64,000 bases of DNA from assembly GCA_013265495.1 (NCBI GenBank), contig MU058636.1, positions 6,173,741-6,237,740 of the forward strand, given 5' to 3'. The notes beneath the pieces are model-generated. The model had not been told where the DNA came from. It searched no databases and saw only the letters and a list, made by a program, of their open reading frames with translations. A program made the position numbers and the translations under genes. Source of the stretch: Vicugna vicugna (taxonomy: Eukaryota). Shown here in pieces: positions 63,480 to 64,000 of the stretch. Numbering within the stretch: position 1 is the stretch's first letter; each line of letters starts with the position of its first letter.

Positions 63480-63920
63480 TGATGTCAAGGTTGGAGAGCC
63501 CTTTTATTTGTCAGAATGATAAGCTCTGTATGCAAAAGGTTACAAAGGAAGAAGCAAATTGGTAGATTGACATTTTCATCTAATTTAACACAAACATAAT
63601 TACAGGTATAAAATCTGAAATGGAAATAAATTAGAATTATGCCTCTGCCATTTTGGAGTGTGCATCCATGAGCTAAATTAAACAAAGAAGAAGAATCCAT
63701 TGACTTGAAAGGGGGGATATAATTGGGGGTGGAGGCCAACAAATGAAGAGCAAAGCTTTGAGACTCCTCTGCATGGATTTTTACTAACCCATCTAGATCC
63801 AGACTTTCTGATTCTTGCATTCTAGTTGAGTTGGCATAATAAACACAACAAACCAAAACCCTTTGTCTTCTTCCTCCTGGGTTTTCTTCTTTGATTGGAT
63901 TTACTTGTTTTTCAAAAGAC
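63480..63920 (-). other. Candidate 3' UTR with polyadenylation signal
   Basis: Repeat-free and U-rich on the minus strand; two upstream TGTA elements; AATAAA at 63503-63508; CA at about 63483; then TTGTATTTT. Confidence 0.4.
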
Positions 63921-63990
63921 TCATACTTCACATACACGGAGTTTGTTGGCCTTCGGCACCAACAATCCGTCATGTATATTCCAGATCAAC
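63921..63990 (-). CDS. Candidate coding part of a terminal exon (xLIWNIHDGLLVPKANKLRVCEV*), gene not identified; phase 0 would give VDLEYT*
   Basis: Minus strand 'gatttcccag|g' acceptor-like site at 63992-63991; open frame to TGA at 63921-63923; three CpGs in 70 nt; followed by the UTR-like segment and AATAAA. Confidence 0.35.
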
Positions 63991-64000
63991 CTGGGAAATC

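Noticed and set aside
63485..63973. 162-aa minus-strand ORF
   Set aside because: Overlaps the UTR-like segment and contains the AATAAA; no recognisable family. A chance open frame is more likely, though not excluded.
1..64000. CRISPR arrays, operons, defence systems, intact transposase/RT genes or a processed pseudogene
   Set aside because: The sequence is mammalian non-coding DNA; no spaced repeat arrays, long intact ORFs or recognisable retrocopied mRNA were seen.

Overview
Mammalian non-coding DNA, most likely camelid (Camelus/Vicugna). The organism is inferred from a tRNA-derived SINE at 27379-27581 that resembles the camelid SINE family as I recall it. The window is a mosaic of old eutherian repeats: MIR, L2, L1M/HAL1-like, MaLR and ERVL LTRs, Tigger1, Charlie1 and MER5/MER103-type hAT elements. 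It also holds microsatellites, scattered CpG-rich patches, several repeat-free AT-rich blocks and a 150-N assembly gap. No complete protein-coding gene is supported; the supplied ORFs are either chance ORFs or decayed LINE/transposase remnants. The best gene-like signal is a candidate terminal exon of an unidentified minus-strand gene at the right edge (acceptor at 63991, short open frame, stop, 3' UTR, AATAAA at 63503-63508). A few isolated plus-strand exon-like units could belong to a lncRNA. I found no convincing novel biological system. The most useful leads are the edge exon, an RFX/ETS/GC-box cluster at ~54.0-54.3 kb, a CTCF-like site, and local AT-to-GC-shifted repeats. Repeat family names are recognised from memory of consensus sequences, not from a search, and most boundaries are approximate.
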